Part shown: positions 21,444 through 30,243 of the stretch, piece after piece
Numbering within the stretch: position 1 is the first letter of the stretch
Layout of the letters: each line of letters starts with the position of its first letter
Assembly: GCA_040217195.1 (NCBI GenBank)
Contig: JAVJNR010000008.1
Coordinates: 32,001 to 96,000, forward strand
Reading direction: 5' to 3'
From: Leptospiraceae bacterium
GTDB taxonomy: Bacteria > Spirochaetota > Leptospiria > Leptospirales > Leptonemataceae
DNA: 64,000 nucleotides
Translations under genes and position numbers: made by a program
The notes under the pieces: generated by a model
What the model saw: the letters and a program-made list of their open reading frames with translations, nothing else
Told to the model about the DNA's origin: nothing
Database searches by the model: none

Positions 21444-22028
21444 TTATCTACCTGCGAAATAGGATCTTACATTTTGAATTATGGCCGGAGCTTCGGTCTC
21501 CATTCCGTACTCAATGAGCCAGTCCGGTACCAGAGATAGGCCCGGATCAAACCTCACCCGATAAATCATCAGTGCTCCCTGACCATGGGGATGCAACCTC
21601 CAGGCTCCTTCATTCACCTTGATGCTTCCATCGATTCTCTTCCAGGAAATCGCATGTTTGGATGGAAAGAACCTGGTTTCATTCAAGGACCATCGATCCT
21701 CCAGAGGCCAGGGAAAGGCCAGCACCGAATAGAAGTGATACAGATTTCCTTTACGGTATCTCTGTTCATTTCTCTTCACTTTGGGAAAAAGTCGATGTAC
21801 CAGGGAAGGGTCCGTCAGGGCCCGGTATATTTCTTCTGGTTTTGCATCTATATATCCTACCACCGTAACAATGCCCAGGCTACCGCCTTTTCGAACCAGG
21901 CTTTTTCTGATTTCCTGTCCAGCAGGCAGAGGATTGATATTTTCCGGCTTCAAGGAATCCGGCTCGATGGCCGGCAACGAAGCAGTTATAAATACCAGGA
22001 TGCAAAAAGCTCTAGCTAACATGACCAT
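21444..22028 (-). CDS. exported SRPBCC/START-family ligand-binding protein
   Basis: Signal peptide; FPWPLEDRW, GSIKVNEGAWRL, DPG...PDWL. Confidence 0.8.
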   Translation of the reverse strand: MVMLARAFCILVFITASLPAIEPDSLKPENINPLPAGQEIRKSLVRKGGSLGIVTVVGYIDAKPEEIYRALTDPSLVHRLFPKVKRNEQRYRKGNLYHFYSVLAFPWPLEDRWSLNETRFFPSKHAISWKRIDGSIKVNEGAWRLHPHGQGALMIYRVRFDPGLSLVPDWLIEYGMETEAPAIIQNVRSYFAGR

Positions 22029-22270
22029 TATTTTAGCTATCTCTATTTCATATTTATGTCGGATGGATTAGATTGGCGTGGCGAAAATGTAGCCGACATC
22101 TGGACTGCTCCAATCTGCAATGTGCATCCGGATGGTCTACAGCCACTCTCTTGGATAATAGTCTATAATCTTCAGTCCCAGTTCGGGTATAGAATGGGTT
22201 GTAAATCCGAATCCTGTACATCCATTTTTATAATAGATTGATTCCAGAGGTTGGTACAGGCAAATACCCC

Positions 22271-23392
22271 ATGCGACGCGTTACCCTGGACCGTCTTAAG
22301 CAGGTCTTCTTTTTCACTTTGTATTTTTGTACGGTCTCACTGCTTTTGTTCTTCAACGATGCCTACATTCGCACAGCTCCGGATCTGCAGCAGATAGGGC
22401 CCTATTATCCTTACCAGAATCTTTTGTCCTACCTGGCCGGAGGCCTGTTCGGGGGATTAATGGTGGCCATATTTGAGCTTTTCATTCTGGGCAATCTATT
22501 CAAAAAGTACGGGCTTCTGGTTCTTGGAGTAGGGAGGGGCCTGTTTCTGGTATTGCTTTACTTTATCATGAGTCTTGCACTATCATTTGGCTATAATTGC
22601 ATTATCACAGGTCTACCGCCCTATCACAGTGAAGTTCTATCCTCTGTATGGATCTATATGACTGGACCGGTCCTGCTAATTAATCTGGTCTTCTATTCTG
22701 TCTTTGTTATCATTCTTATCTTCTTTCATCAGATCATTGATCTTGTAGGCCGCGGCGTACTGGGCAAGTTTCTATTTGGAAGATACAAGGTTCCAGCCGT
22801 TGTGGATAGGACCTTTTTGTTTATGGATATGAATGATTCCACTTCCATCGCAGAAAGGATCGGGCATGTTGCCTTCTTTGAGCTGATGCAGGACTTTCTG
22901 GTCGAGGCCGGTGTGGAAATCCGGGAGCATGGAGGGGAAATCAACAAATATGTAGGCGATGAAATCATTGCTCTGTGGAACATTGATCAGGGTGCGCGAA
23001 ATGGACTGGCTCTTAAGGCACTGCTTGCCATAAAGAAGAGGCTGGAATCAAAATCAGGATATTTCGGAGAAAAGTACGGAGTGGTGCCGGATTTTAAGTC
23101 TGCACTTCACATAGGTCCAGCCATGGTTGGCGAACTGGGAGACTGGAAAAGAGAGGTTGCTTTCATGGGGGATTCAATGAATACAACGGCCCGGATCCAG
23201 GGGGCCTGTAAAAAGCTGAAGGCGCAAATCCTGGTAAGCGAAGATTATTGCAACGCACTGATCGATACTACAAGATATAGGCTGGAATTTGCCGGAAAGG
23301 GAAGATTGCGAGGTAAAGAGGCCCCGTTGAGTCTGTACCGAGCTTCATCTCTGGAGGCCTGGCCGGCCATGCCAGATGCCGGTGAAAAATAA
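22271..23392 (+). CDS. membrane class III adenylate/guanylate cyclase
   Basis: TM N-terminus; FLFMDMNDST, KYVGDE, GDSMNTTARI. Confidence 0.9.
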   Translation: MRRVTLDRLKQVFFFTLYFCTVSLLLFFNDAYIRTAPDLQQIGPYYPYQNLLSYLAGGLFGGLMVAIFELFILGNLFKKYGLLVLGVGRGLFLVLLYFIMSLALSFGYNCIITGLPPYHSEVLSSVWIYMTGPVLLINLVFYSVFVIILIFFHQIIDLVGRGVLGKFLFGRYKVPAVVDRTFLFMDMNDSTSIAERIGHVAFFELMQDFLVEAGVEIREHGGEINKYVGDEIIALWNIDQGARNGLALKALLAIKKRLESKSGYFGEKYGVVPDFKSALHIGPAMVGELGDWKREVAFMGDSMNTTARIQGACKKLKAQILVSEDYCNALIDTTRYRLEFAGKGRLRGKEAPLSLYRASSLEAWPAMPDAGEK

Positions 23393-23439
23393 ATACAACC
23401 CCGGTGGCCGCAGTTCTGGGAGCTTCCATTCCCTTTCGA

Positions 23440-24162
23440 CTATTGCAATTCTACGTCAGCGATGAGGGGAAGATGGTCTGAAGCGATTCGGGCCAGTCCA
23501 GAGGAATGTCGTAATTGCCGGTGGCCAGCGAGTGGGCCCAGAAAAAGGATTCGATCCAGAGAAATAAAAGGAAACCTGGCCGGAAATGTGGGACTGCTGA
23601 TCCATTGACCATGGAGGTTATTGCGAATATACCGCAGTTGTGTAGAGAAGGGCCACCAGATGTTTAAATCTCCCAGCAGGAATGCATGACTGCTCGCCGC
23701 TTTTCTTAGCTGCTTTATTCGTGCAACCAGACGAAGGATTTGCTGCCAACGTTCGCGGTAGCCCAAACCCAGATGAGTGGCATAAACCTGAATTCGGAAG
23801 TTTCTGGCCATTGAGCCAGGCAATAGGGAGCAGTCCAGTTCGCAATGCAGCATTCCCCGAGGCTCTCGATTTCTGTAGTTTAGTATAGTTCTTCCGTGGT
23901 TCTGGAGCGGAAAGCGGCTCAAGATGGCATTTCCATAGTAACCAGGACCGGTGGGTCCTGCTACAAAGTGCAGCCCCTTTAGACGTGCAAGCCTCTGGAA
24001 CTGCTTTCTACCATTGGTTTCATCGCCCAGATCACCCACTTCCTGAAGGGCTATGATGTCTGGATTCATTTCTTCTATTACCTGCACAATCCGATCCATG
24101 GAATGAATCCCATCCCGACCAACTCCTCCGTGGATATTGTAAGTTGCTATGCGAATCTTCAT
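23440..24162 (-). CDS. endonuclease/exonuclease/phosphatase (EEP) family protein
   Basis: ATYNIH, DIIALQEV, GNAILSR, THL, GDLN, LDRI, SDHLP. Confidence 0.92.
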   Translation of the reverse strand: MKIRIATYNIHGGVGRDGIHSMDRIVQVIEEMNPDIIALQEVGDLGDETNGRKQFQRLARLKGLHFVAGPTGPGYYGNAILSRFPLQNHGRTILNYRNREPRGMLHCELDCSLLPGSMARNFRIQVYATHLGLGYRERWQQILRLVARIKQLRKAASSHAFLLGDLNIWWPFSTQLRYIRNNLHGQWISSPTFPARFPFISLDRILFLGPLAGHRQLRHSSGLARIASDHLPLIADVELQ

Positions 24163-25680
24163 TCATTCCAGGGGCAGAATGTCTGCCAGGACCTTTTGCA
24201 GCTCAAGAGGTTTTTCCGGATCTATGGAGTCCTGTGGAATCACTGCATCGAGAAAGGGATCCGTCTCTGTCTTTAATGGAATTAGTGTTCGGTCTTTCCC
24301 GCGAAAGCGACTTATGGTTCCTGCAAGGCTATCTTCCTGCAATGATTTCTGGATAGATTTCGAATCTGTTCCCAGATGTTCCGAAAGCAGTCGAACCAGG
24401 TAATCACAAATGCCTTGCTCGATGCTGTCCGCTCTGGAATCTCCTATTGCTTTCGATGAGCCTTCCATGGATTTTTCGCTCCGGGGCCGGGCAAGATTTG
24501 AATCCAGGGCAATGCTGCATTCTGTATCCAGTCCCATGGAGCGGTTGCTCAGATTGGTGGAACCTACGAAAGCAATTCTGTTGTCCACTACCATGGTTTT
24601 AGCATGCACAAATATATCCTCACCTTTGATGGATGGATAATAAATGTAGAGCCGACCATAAAGATCGGATTCTCGGAGTCTTTGTACAATTCGATGTCGC
24701 AGTACTCCCATGGTTGCCTCCTCAAGCCAGCCGGGGCATTCATGGGGAGTTACGATTACTAATTCTGGGCCCTCCGAGGCAGATAGCCTTTCACAAAGGG
24801 ATTCGGCGATGGATGTAGATGTAAGATACTGGTTTTCTATATAGATATAATCCCGAGCACTGGAAATCGCTTCCTTGAGAAATGCTTCGCTTTCTCGCAC
24901 TTCCGGCCTATTGTCGAACGGCGGATCCGTGCGGATAATACCCACGTTTACATCCCTCCAGGTCGAAGGAACCTTCTCTGGCCAGATGTCCCGGGTCGTG
25001 GGCGGCTGAAGCAGGTTTCCAGTGGCTCGCATCCAGCGATTTCGAGCCAGTTCTCCCAGACATCTGGCAGCTTCTCCGGAAACCATGGCCTGAATATCAT
25101 GAAAGGAATTGTAGGATTCTCCGTCCGGTCTATTCCGACCCGGGCCCTGGGGAAGATGCATGGCAGTATCCCAGCGCTGCCCGGTAAGATCGATTCCTCC
25201 GGCAAAGGCAATGCTATCATCAATTACTACCACTTTTTGATGATGGGAAGCGCCTGGAGGATGATTATTATCAAATTGAAAATCCAGACGATTACTCGCT
25301 TCCCAGAAAAGCTTAATGCTTGCCATCGCTTCCCGTTCCAGTGCATAGATTACGGAATAGTCCCAGTTCAGTATATGAATGCGAAGATCCGGTGAGCTTT
25401 CCAGAAGCTCATTTAGAAAGGCAAGTAGGGTGATGGAGTTTCCAGGCAATGGTTCCGGTGCATGAGATAGTGTACGTTCTTCTTCGCTCATATCTGCTTC
25501 CCGGTTGAGCAACAGACGGCTGTCCAGATCCCATCCAAGAATCAGGATGGACTTTTTGGCCAATCGGGCAGACTGCATAAATGCATTATAATAGGAAGCT
25601 GCATCGATGAGAAATTCCAGCCTGGTTGCGGATGCAATATGCCAGGCAGTCTTTCCCTCTTTTATGACAGGTTCAGACAT
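24163..25680 (-). CDS. phospholipase D family protein (two HKD motifs)
   Basis: SHHQKVVVIDD...GGIDL and VHAKTMVVD...GSTNL.NRS. Confidence 0.92.
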   Translation of the reverse strand: MSEPVIKEGKTAWHIASATRLEFLIDAASYYNAFMQSARLAKKSILILGWDLDSRLLLNREADMSEEERTLSHAPEPLPGNSITLLAFLNELLESSPDLRIHILNWDYSVIYALEREAMASIKLFWEASNRLDFQFDNNHPPGASHHQKVVVIDDSIAFAGGIDLTGQRWDTAMHLPQGPGRNRPDGESYNSFHDIQAMVSGEAARCLGELARNRWMRATGNLLQPPTTRDIWPEKVPSTWRDVNVGIIRTDPPFDNRPEVRESEAFLKEAISSARDYIYIENQYLTSTSIAESLCERLSASEGPELVIVTPHECPGWLEEATMGVLRHRIVQRLRESDLYGRLYIYYPSIKGEDIFVHAKTMVVDNRIAFVGSTNLSNRSMGLDTECSIALDSNLARPRSEKSMEGSSKAIGDSRADSIEQGICDYLVRLLSEHLGTDSKSIQKSLQEDSLAGTISRFRGKDRTLIPLKTETDPFLDAVIPQDSIDPEKPLELQKVLADILPLE

Positions 25681-25728
25681 ATTGTCATGATTGGAAATGA
25701 GGGCAGGGAAACAAGGAAAAGCTAAGCT

Positions 25729-27894
25729 TCAAGCGCTGAGCGAAGCTTCCTTGTTACGAAGCAATTCTTTCATCTTGCGTCCGGTGGGATGATCTGGTTT
25801 TTGCTGATTGGCTCGAGCCAGTAAAGTTCGGGAGCGTTCAAGATTTCCCAGTAGATAGTGAACGTTGGATAGATGAATTGTATTTGGAAAGAAATCCGGA
25901 TTTCGCAGAAAAAGTCTTTCGCCCAGGTCAGCACTTTCGCGTACTCTGCCCAGCATTTTGGCACAGAAGGTAGAGACCCTCAAAGCATCGGATAGAGAAG
26001 GATCCAGTTGCAACGCTTCCAGAGAATGGCGATAGGCTTCATGATAACTCTGTAACTGGTAAGCCTCCAGAGATTGTTTGTGCAATTCTCTGGCCAGTTT
26101 TGATAGATTGGGAACGGAGTGTGCCAGACATTTTAGATGCAAAACCGACAGGTCATCGGTTAATTCACCTCTGGCAAGCAATGCCTCCATCAGGTCAGTT
26201 GGGTCTCCGTCCACTTCTTCTACGATTCGAAGAAATAGATTCTCATCTTCGTTCATGTATGAAGAACCGGCGGAATCCGGAAGCATTATATCGTCTCTGC
26301 CATCGGAGCCCATAATCAAACAATCGCCGGGGCATAGAGCCTGGATTGTAATTACTATATCGCTTTGCTGACTCTGGAATCCTAGCTTGCGATAATGGTA
26401 GGGATCCGGAAGAAATCGAGCTTTTCCCTTCCTGTATAGAACTGGAAGCGGATGTTCTGCGATGATGTAATAAAGAGTGCCAGAAGATTCATCAACCAGG
26501 GCGAGGTTCACCGACATTAGCATGGAGCTGTCGAAGGAATGAAAAACGTCGTTTAATTCCAGGAAGGCATGCTTGAGCCATCTTTCAGGACTGTATTTCT
26601 GGAGTACCGGGTTCTTTCTAGTTCGCTTGATTATGGAGGTAAATACAGAACCGCAAACCAGTGCTCCGCCTGCACCCTGCATGGACTTTCCCATTGCATC
26701 TGCATTGAACAATGCAACATGAGGCCGATTCTGCAGAGTCAAACTATGGGCTGTGGCCAGGTCGCCACCAAGTTCCTCCTTCCAGTGGCGAAAGGAAAAG
26801 GTCTTTTTCTGATGCGCAATGCATTCAATTTTATGATTCTCAGAGTGAAAGTCAGGCTGATTCAGTGGCCTAATAAGCAATGATGTGAGAAAATAGTCCC
26901 CGTCCTGTTGCTTCTTAAGAGACTGGATCCGTTTTAGAGCCTGACGTCTCTGTGCTTCACTGGAAATGCTTCTGGCCATGAGCTCCAGAATTTCCTGGTG
27001 AAATAGCTCGAATGGAGCTCCCCCCGGTTGTCTGGAAAAAAATGCGATTACCGCGGGAGTGTCTTCCTTCAGGGAGACGGGACTGCCTACCCAGAATGTA
27101 AATCCAGCATCTTGCATCTGATCGGCATTGAAGGTTACGGTACTATTCCTACTGATTACCTCTTCCATTTCTTTGCTGAATTCTGTGGAATCATCCAGCA
27201 CTTCTGTCTTTTGAATTATTTCGACAGACTCTTTATCCTTTTGCAGAAGGATGCCGCCATCCATTTCAAAAATTCTACATCCAGTCTGCAGATAATCCTG
27301 GAACAGAGCTTCAAGAGAAGAATAATCCGTAACGTTAAGTCGATGGATTTCCTTTAAACTTGTAGAGAAATGATCTATCTCTTCGGTGGCCTGAAGAATA
27401 AGCTCCTCTGCCTGTTTTCGCTCCATTTCCTCTGCGATTCGAGGAGCGATAAGAGATAGTATACCGGCTATTGTTTCTTTGTTTACCAGTGGTCGATCAA
27501 AGAACACAAGAATTGCTCCAGCGCATTGTCCATAAGGATCTATTAACGGAGCGGTAATGGCACTCTTATGATCGCTCAATGGTGCCACGGCTCCCCGCAG
27601 CTGTCCTTCCGTGAGTGTACCGGATTTCCCTTCCAGAAGTGCTTCAAAGACTCCTTCAAGCTGGATTTTCTCCGGCAAGGATTCCAGGGGATTGCCAGCT
27701 CGAACCTGCAATTCCGTGGCGCCCGGAGCCAGTTCCCCGATTATTACAGATTTGGCCTCCAGTTGCTCGCGCAGCGCTGTAGTTACGAAGCTGGAGAATT
27801 CCTCACCGGGTGGTGGATTGAGAAGTTTTCCCAGAGCATCGAGCAATTGGTGTTGGTCAAGAGCCTGCACCTCAATCCTGCTATGGCATTGCAT
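25729..27894 (-). CDS. GAF-GAF / PP2C (SpoIIE) phosphatase / TPR protein
   Basis: Two GAF-like regions, QQDGDYFLTSLL, LGGD, ADAMGK, SDGRDD, DDLS, C-terminal TPR-like helices. Confidence 0.85.
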   Translation of the reverse strand: MQCHSRIEVQALDQHQLLDALGKLLNPPPGEEFSSFVTTALREQLEAKSVIIGELAPGATELQVRAGNPLESLPEKIQLEGVFEALLEGKSGTLTEGQLRGAVAPLSDHKSAITAPLIDPYGQCAGAILVFFDRPLVNKETIAGILSLIAPRIAEEMERKQAEELILQATEEIDHFSTSLKEIHRLNVTDYSSLEALFQDYLQTGCRIFEMDGGILLQKDKESVEIIQKTEVLDDSTEFSKEMEEVISRNSTVTFNADQMQDAGFTFWVGSPVSLKEDTPAVIAFFSRQPGGAPFELFHQEILELMARSISSEAQRRQALKRIQSLKKQQDGDYFLTSLLIRPLNQPDFHSENHKIECIAHQKKTFSFRHWKEELGGDLATAHSLTLQNRPHVALFNADAMGKSMQGAGGALVCGSVFTSIIKRTRKNPVLQKYSPERWLKHAFLELNDVFHSFDSSMLMSVNLALVDESSGTLYYIIAEHPLPVLYRKGKARFLPDPYHYRKLGFQSQQSDIVITIQALCPGDCLIMGSDGRDDIMLPDSAGSSYMNEDENLFLRIVEEVDGDPTDLMEALLARGELTDDLSVLHLKCLAHSVPNLSKLARELHKQSLEAYQLQSYHEAYRHSLEALQLDPSLSDALRVSTFCAKMLGRVRESADLGERLFLRNPDFFPNTIHLSNVHYLLGNLERSRTLLARANQQKPDHPTGRKMKELLRNKEASLSA

Positions 27895-29140
27895 TCATGC
27901 GCTTCACGTCCGCAGTTGCCAGTTCCTTTCCCATGGTTCTGCACGAAGTCTGTTGCGCCTGAAAACTCTGATCGCTTTGAAATAGCTCCTGGTAGTAATC
28001 TTCGGTGAGCTCCGGTTTTGCGCAGATATCGCCATGGTAGAGCAGGTTCATGACTCCTGCTGAGCCACCGGTGAACAAATAGCTTCTGGGATGTGCAGAG
28101 AGAGCAAATGTGCGAAGGTAATGGTTGGACTCATAGTCACCTTCCACATTCATCTGCAGGCTTTCATTCGGATTGAGCTGCGAAATAGACCAGTAGCCCC
28201 ATCCAAAAGCATTGGCCACTGCCACAATGCCGCTAGCCCAGTCCTCTCTGGTCTTGCATTGAGGTTCAATCATACCGTACCATTCATCCGACAGCATGAT
28301 ACCACCGAATGTGTTAAAGGCACAAACATGGCCTGCTTCCACAAATAGGTCCCGGGCCAGGTCCGGTTCTCCGGTGGCTTCGGTAATCTGCTTCGTGGTT
28401 TCATAGCTAATGTAATTGTAATAATTGGCAAAATGTCGGGTCAGAATAACTCCGAAAGCCGGGATCAGTCCATCGCTTCCACCTTCCAGGGGAATGCCAC
28501 GTACGGCGCTGGTAATACCGGCCTCATCCACGTTGGTGCTGATTCTTCCTGGCTGATTGGATGTCTGAATTGTTACTCCGGTTCCTGGAGAGATGGGAAT
28601 TACCGGACAATCGGGATTAACATCGATCTGGAATTCATTTTCATTATCGCCCATGCTAAGGCATTTACTTTGATGCACGATAAAGTGGCCTGGAGCTTTG
28701 TAGTAAGCGGCTGCCATGGCTGCCTGGATGAATCCACAGGTGAAATAATCCACAGGCTTATCTCGTTTCCCCCATTTCTCTTTCCATCCATGACTGTAAT
28801 GGGTGAGTGGCGATTGAACGGTACCTCCATTTTCGCTTACCGAATCGAATCCGAGGAGGCCAAAGCCCAGTTGCGTGTAAATACCTTCCGCTGCTTTTAA
28901 GCGATCCACCGGATTTCGGAGTTCTGCATGATTGCGAAACAATACATGCAGCATGGAATGTACCGCCACAACTCCGCCTACCCGCAGAATTGTTTCTACA
29001 TCAACATATTCGGATACATCCTCAATTGTTCGCTGCAGAAAAAGATTATAATGATTACAATGAAAGATCAATGGTTCGCCGCCGCTTACTGCCAAACCTT
29101 CTGCTTCCAGTGTTTTTACTCTGGCCTTGAATTTCTTCAT
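27881..29140 (-). CDS. tandem V4R (4-vinyl-reductase-like) domain protein
   Basis: Two internally similar halves: LGFG...FTCGFIQA...QSKCLSMGD and FGWG...FTGGSAG...QTSCRTMGK. Confidence 0.7.
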   Translation of the reverse strand: MKKFKARVKTLEAEGLAVSGGEPLIFHCNHYNLFLQRTIEDVSEYVDVETILRVGGVVAVHSMLHVLFRNHAELRNPVDRLKAAEGIYTQLGFGLLGFDSVSENGGTVQSPLTHYSHGWKEKWGKRDKPVDYFTCGFIQAAMAAAYYKAPGHFIVHQSKCLSMGDNENEFQIDVNPDCPVIPISPGTGVTIQTSNQPGRISTNVDEAGITSAVRGIPLEGGSDGLIPAFGVILTRHFANYYNYISYETTKQITEATGEPDLARDLFVEAGHVCAFNTFGGIMLSDEWYGMIEPQCKTREDWASGIVAVANAFGWGYWSISQLNPNESLQMNVEGDYESNHYLRTFALSAHPRSYLFTGGSAGVMNLLYHGDICAKPELTEDYYQELFQSDQSFQAQQTSCRTMGKELATADVKRMNAMP

Positions 29141-29367
29141 CTCTGGGCTTCCTCCCCGTTCTTCTCCTGGATTTGTAGCTCTCTACCCAGCACCTGATGG
29201 GCTGCCTGAAGTATTCTTTTTTCCAGTTCCGGATTCTCAGGCGTATTTGGAGTAATTCGGGACAGGTTTACCCCCGCTTTTAGTCCAATCCTGGCTACCA
29301 GCAATCTGGCCTGAACTCCACTGGATTCTGCTACAATGGCATCCACAATGTTCTTCAATCTGCTCAT
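29137..29367 (-). CDS. small hypothetical protein (76 aa)
   Basis: 4-nt overlaps with both neighbours; GGAGG RBS; helical, with IGLKAG and TPENPE motifs. Confidence 0.8.
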   Translation of the reverse strand: MSRLKNIVDAIVAESSGVQARLLVARIGLKAGVNLSRITPNTPENPELEKRILQAAHQVLGRELQIQEKNGEEAQR

Positions 29368-29729
29368 AGAGCCTCCCTGTTCCGTCTCTCCTCTAAATAC
29401 ATCATTCCCAGGCTGTACTCCTCCTGAAAGTCCGGAATCAAGGCCGCCAGATCTTCCAGTGCTCTTTCTCTGAAAATAAGTGAGAACTGCAGGGTAATAT
29501 GGTTTTTCTCAGGTATGCCGGTAACGGTAACCCAACGTCCTAGTTTCCCTCTAAAGAATCCTGTGGAGCCAGTTTCATGCACATGTAACTCAAGAAGCAA
29601 TTCCCGTAACAATGCCAGCGGAGGCAGTTCCTGGAATTCCAATCGAATCTTTACACCTCTTTGCGCGCAGGCATGCAACAGACAGAAATCCTGTATGGAG
29701 GGAAAGGTAAGTTGTCCGGTCTCTTTCAT
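29364..29729 (-). CDS. hypothetical protein (121 aa)
   Basis: ORF coupled to the downstream gene (ATGA overlap) and 2 bp from the upstream ORF. Confidence 0.7.
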   Translation of the reverse strand: MKETGQLTFPSIQDFCLLHACAQRGVKIRLEFQELPPLALLRELLLELHVHETGSTGFFRGKLGRWVTVTGIPEKNHITLQFSLIFRERALEDLAALIPDFQEEYSLGMMYLEERRNREAL

Positions 29730-29731
29730 CC

Positions 29732-29866
29732 CTATTTGTTTTGCTGATTAAGGATGTCCGTTATGATTTCAAAGCTATCGTCGATATCCTTTTTTAGACG
29801 ATGTTTGAGATCTTCAAATACCTGTATGAGCTGTGCTGTAATTTCTTTCTCTTCCTGGTTTTCCAT
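29732..29866 (-). CDS. small hypothetical helical protein (44 aa), not in the ORF track
   Basis: Manual translation MENQEEKEITAQLIQVFEDLKHRLKKDIDDSFEIITDILNQQNK*; stop lies 2 bp before the next ATG. Confidence 0.6.
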   Translation of the reverse strand: MENQEEKEITAQLIQVFEDLKHRLKKDIDDSFEIITDILNQQNK

Positions 29867-30243
29867 TTCTGACGCCTGTTCTATATATTTCGCATGAGGA
29901 GCAGGATCAAGATCCTGAACCTAAAAAGCTATGGGTCAAGAAAAAACCCGAGAATACCCTGGAAACCGGAGCAATTTCTCCTGTTAGGCGGATTTCTCAT
30001 CAGGCGGTAATGTCAGAAGGTTAGAGTTAAGTGCGTATCAGCGTTGGGTGGGTCAGGAATGATCGGAGGTGCCTGTTGTTTCTAGCACAAGTTAACAATC
30101 GCTACACAGATTTCATTGAACATACGGCAATTGTTAATGCTCTTCAGAAGGAAGGTCTTTTAATGCTCCAGATGGATTCATTCTGGTGCGCGCTCTGTAT
30201 CAGGGATTCGCAATGACAATCTTTCACTTGTTGAAATATGAAT

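Noticed and set aside
29950..30240. 61-aa plus-strand ORF 30031..30216
   Set aside because: GTG start, no RBS, no motifs, and opposite to the flanking genes.
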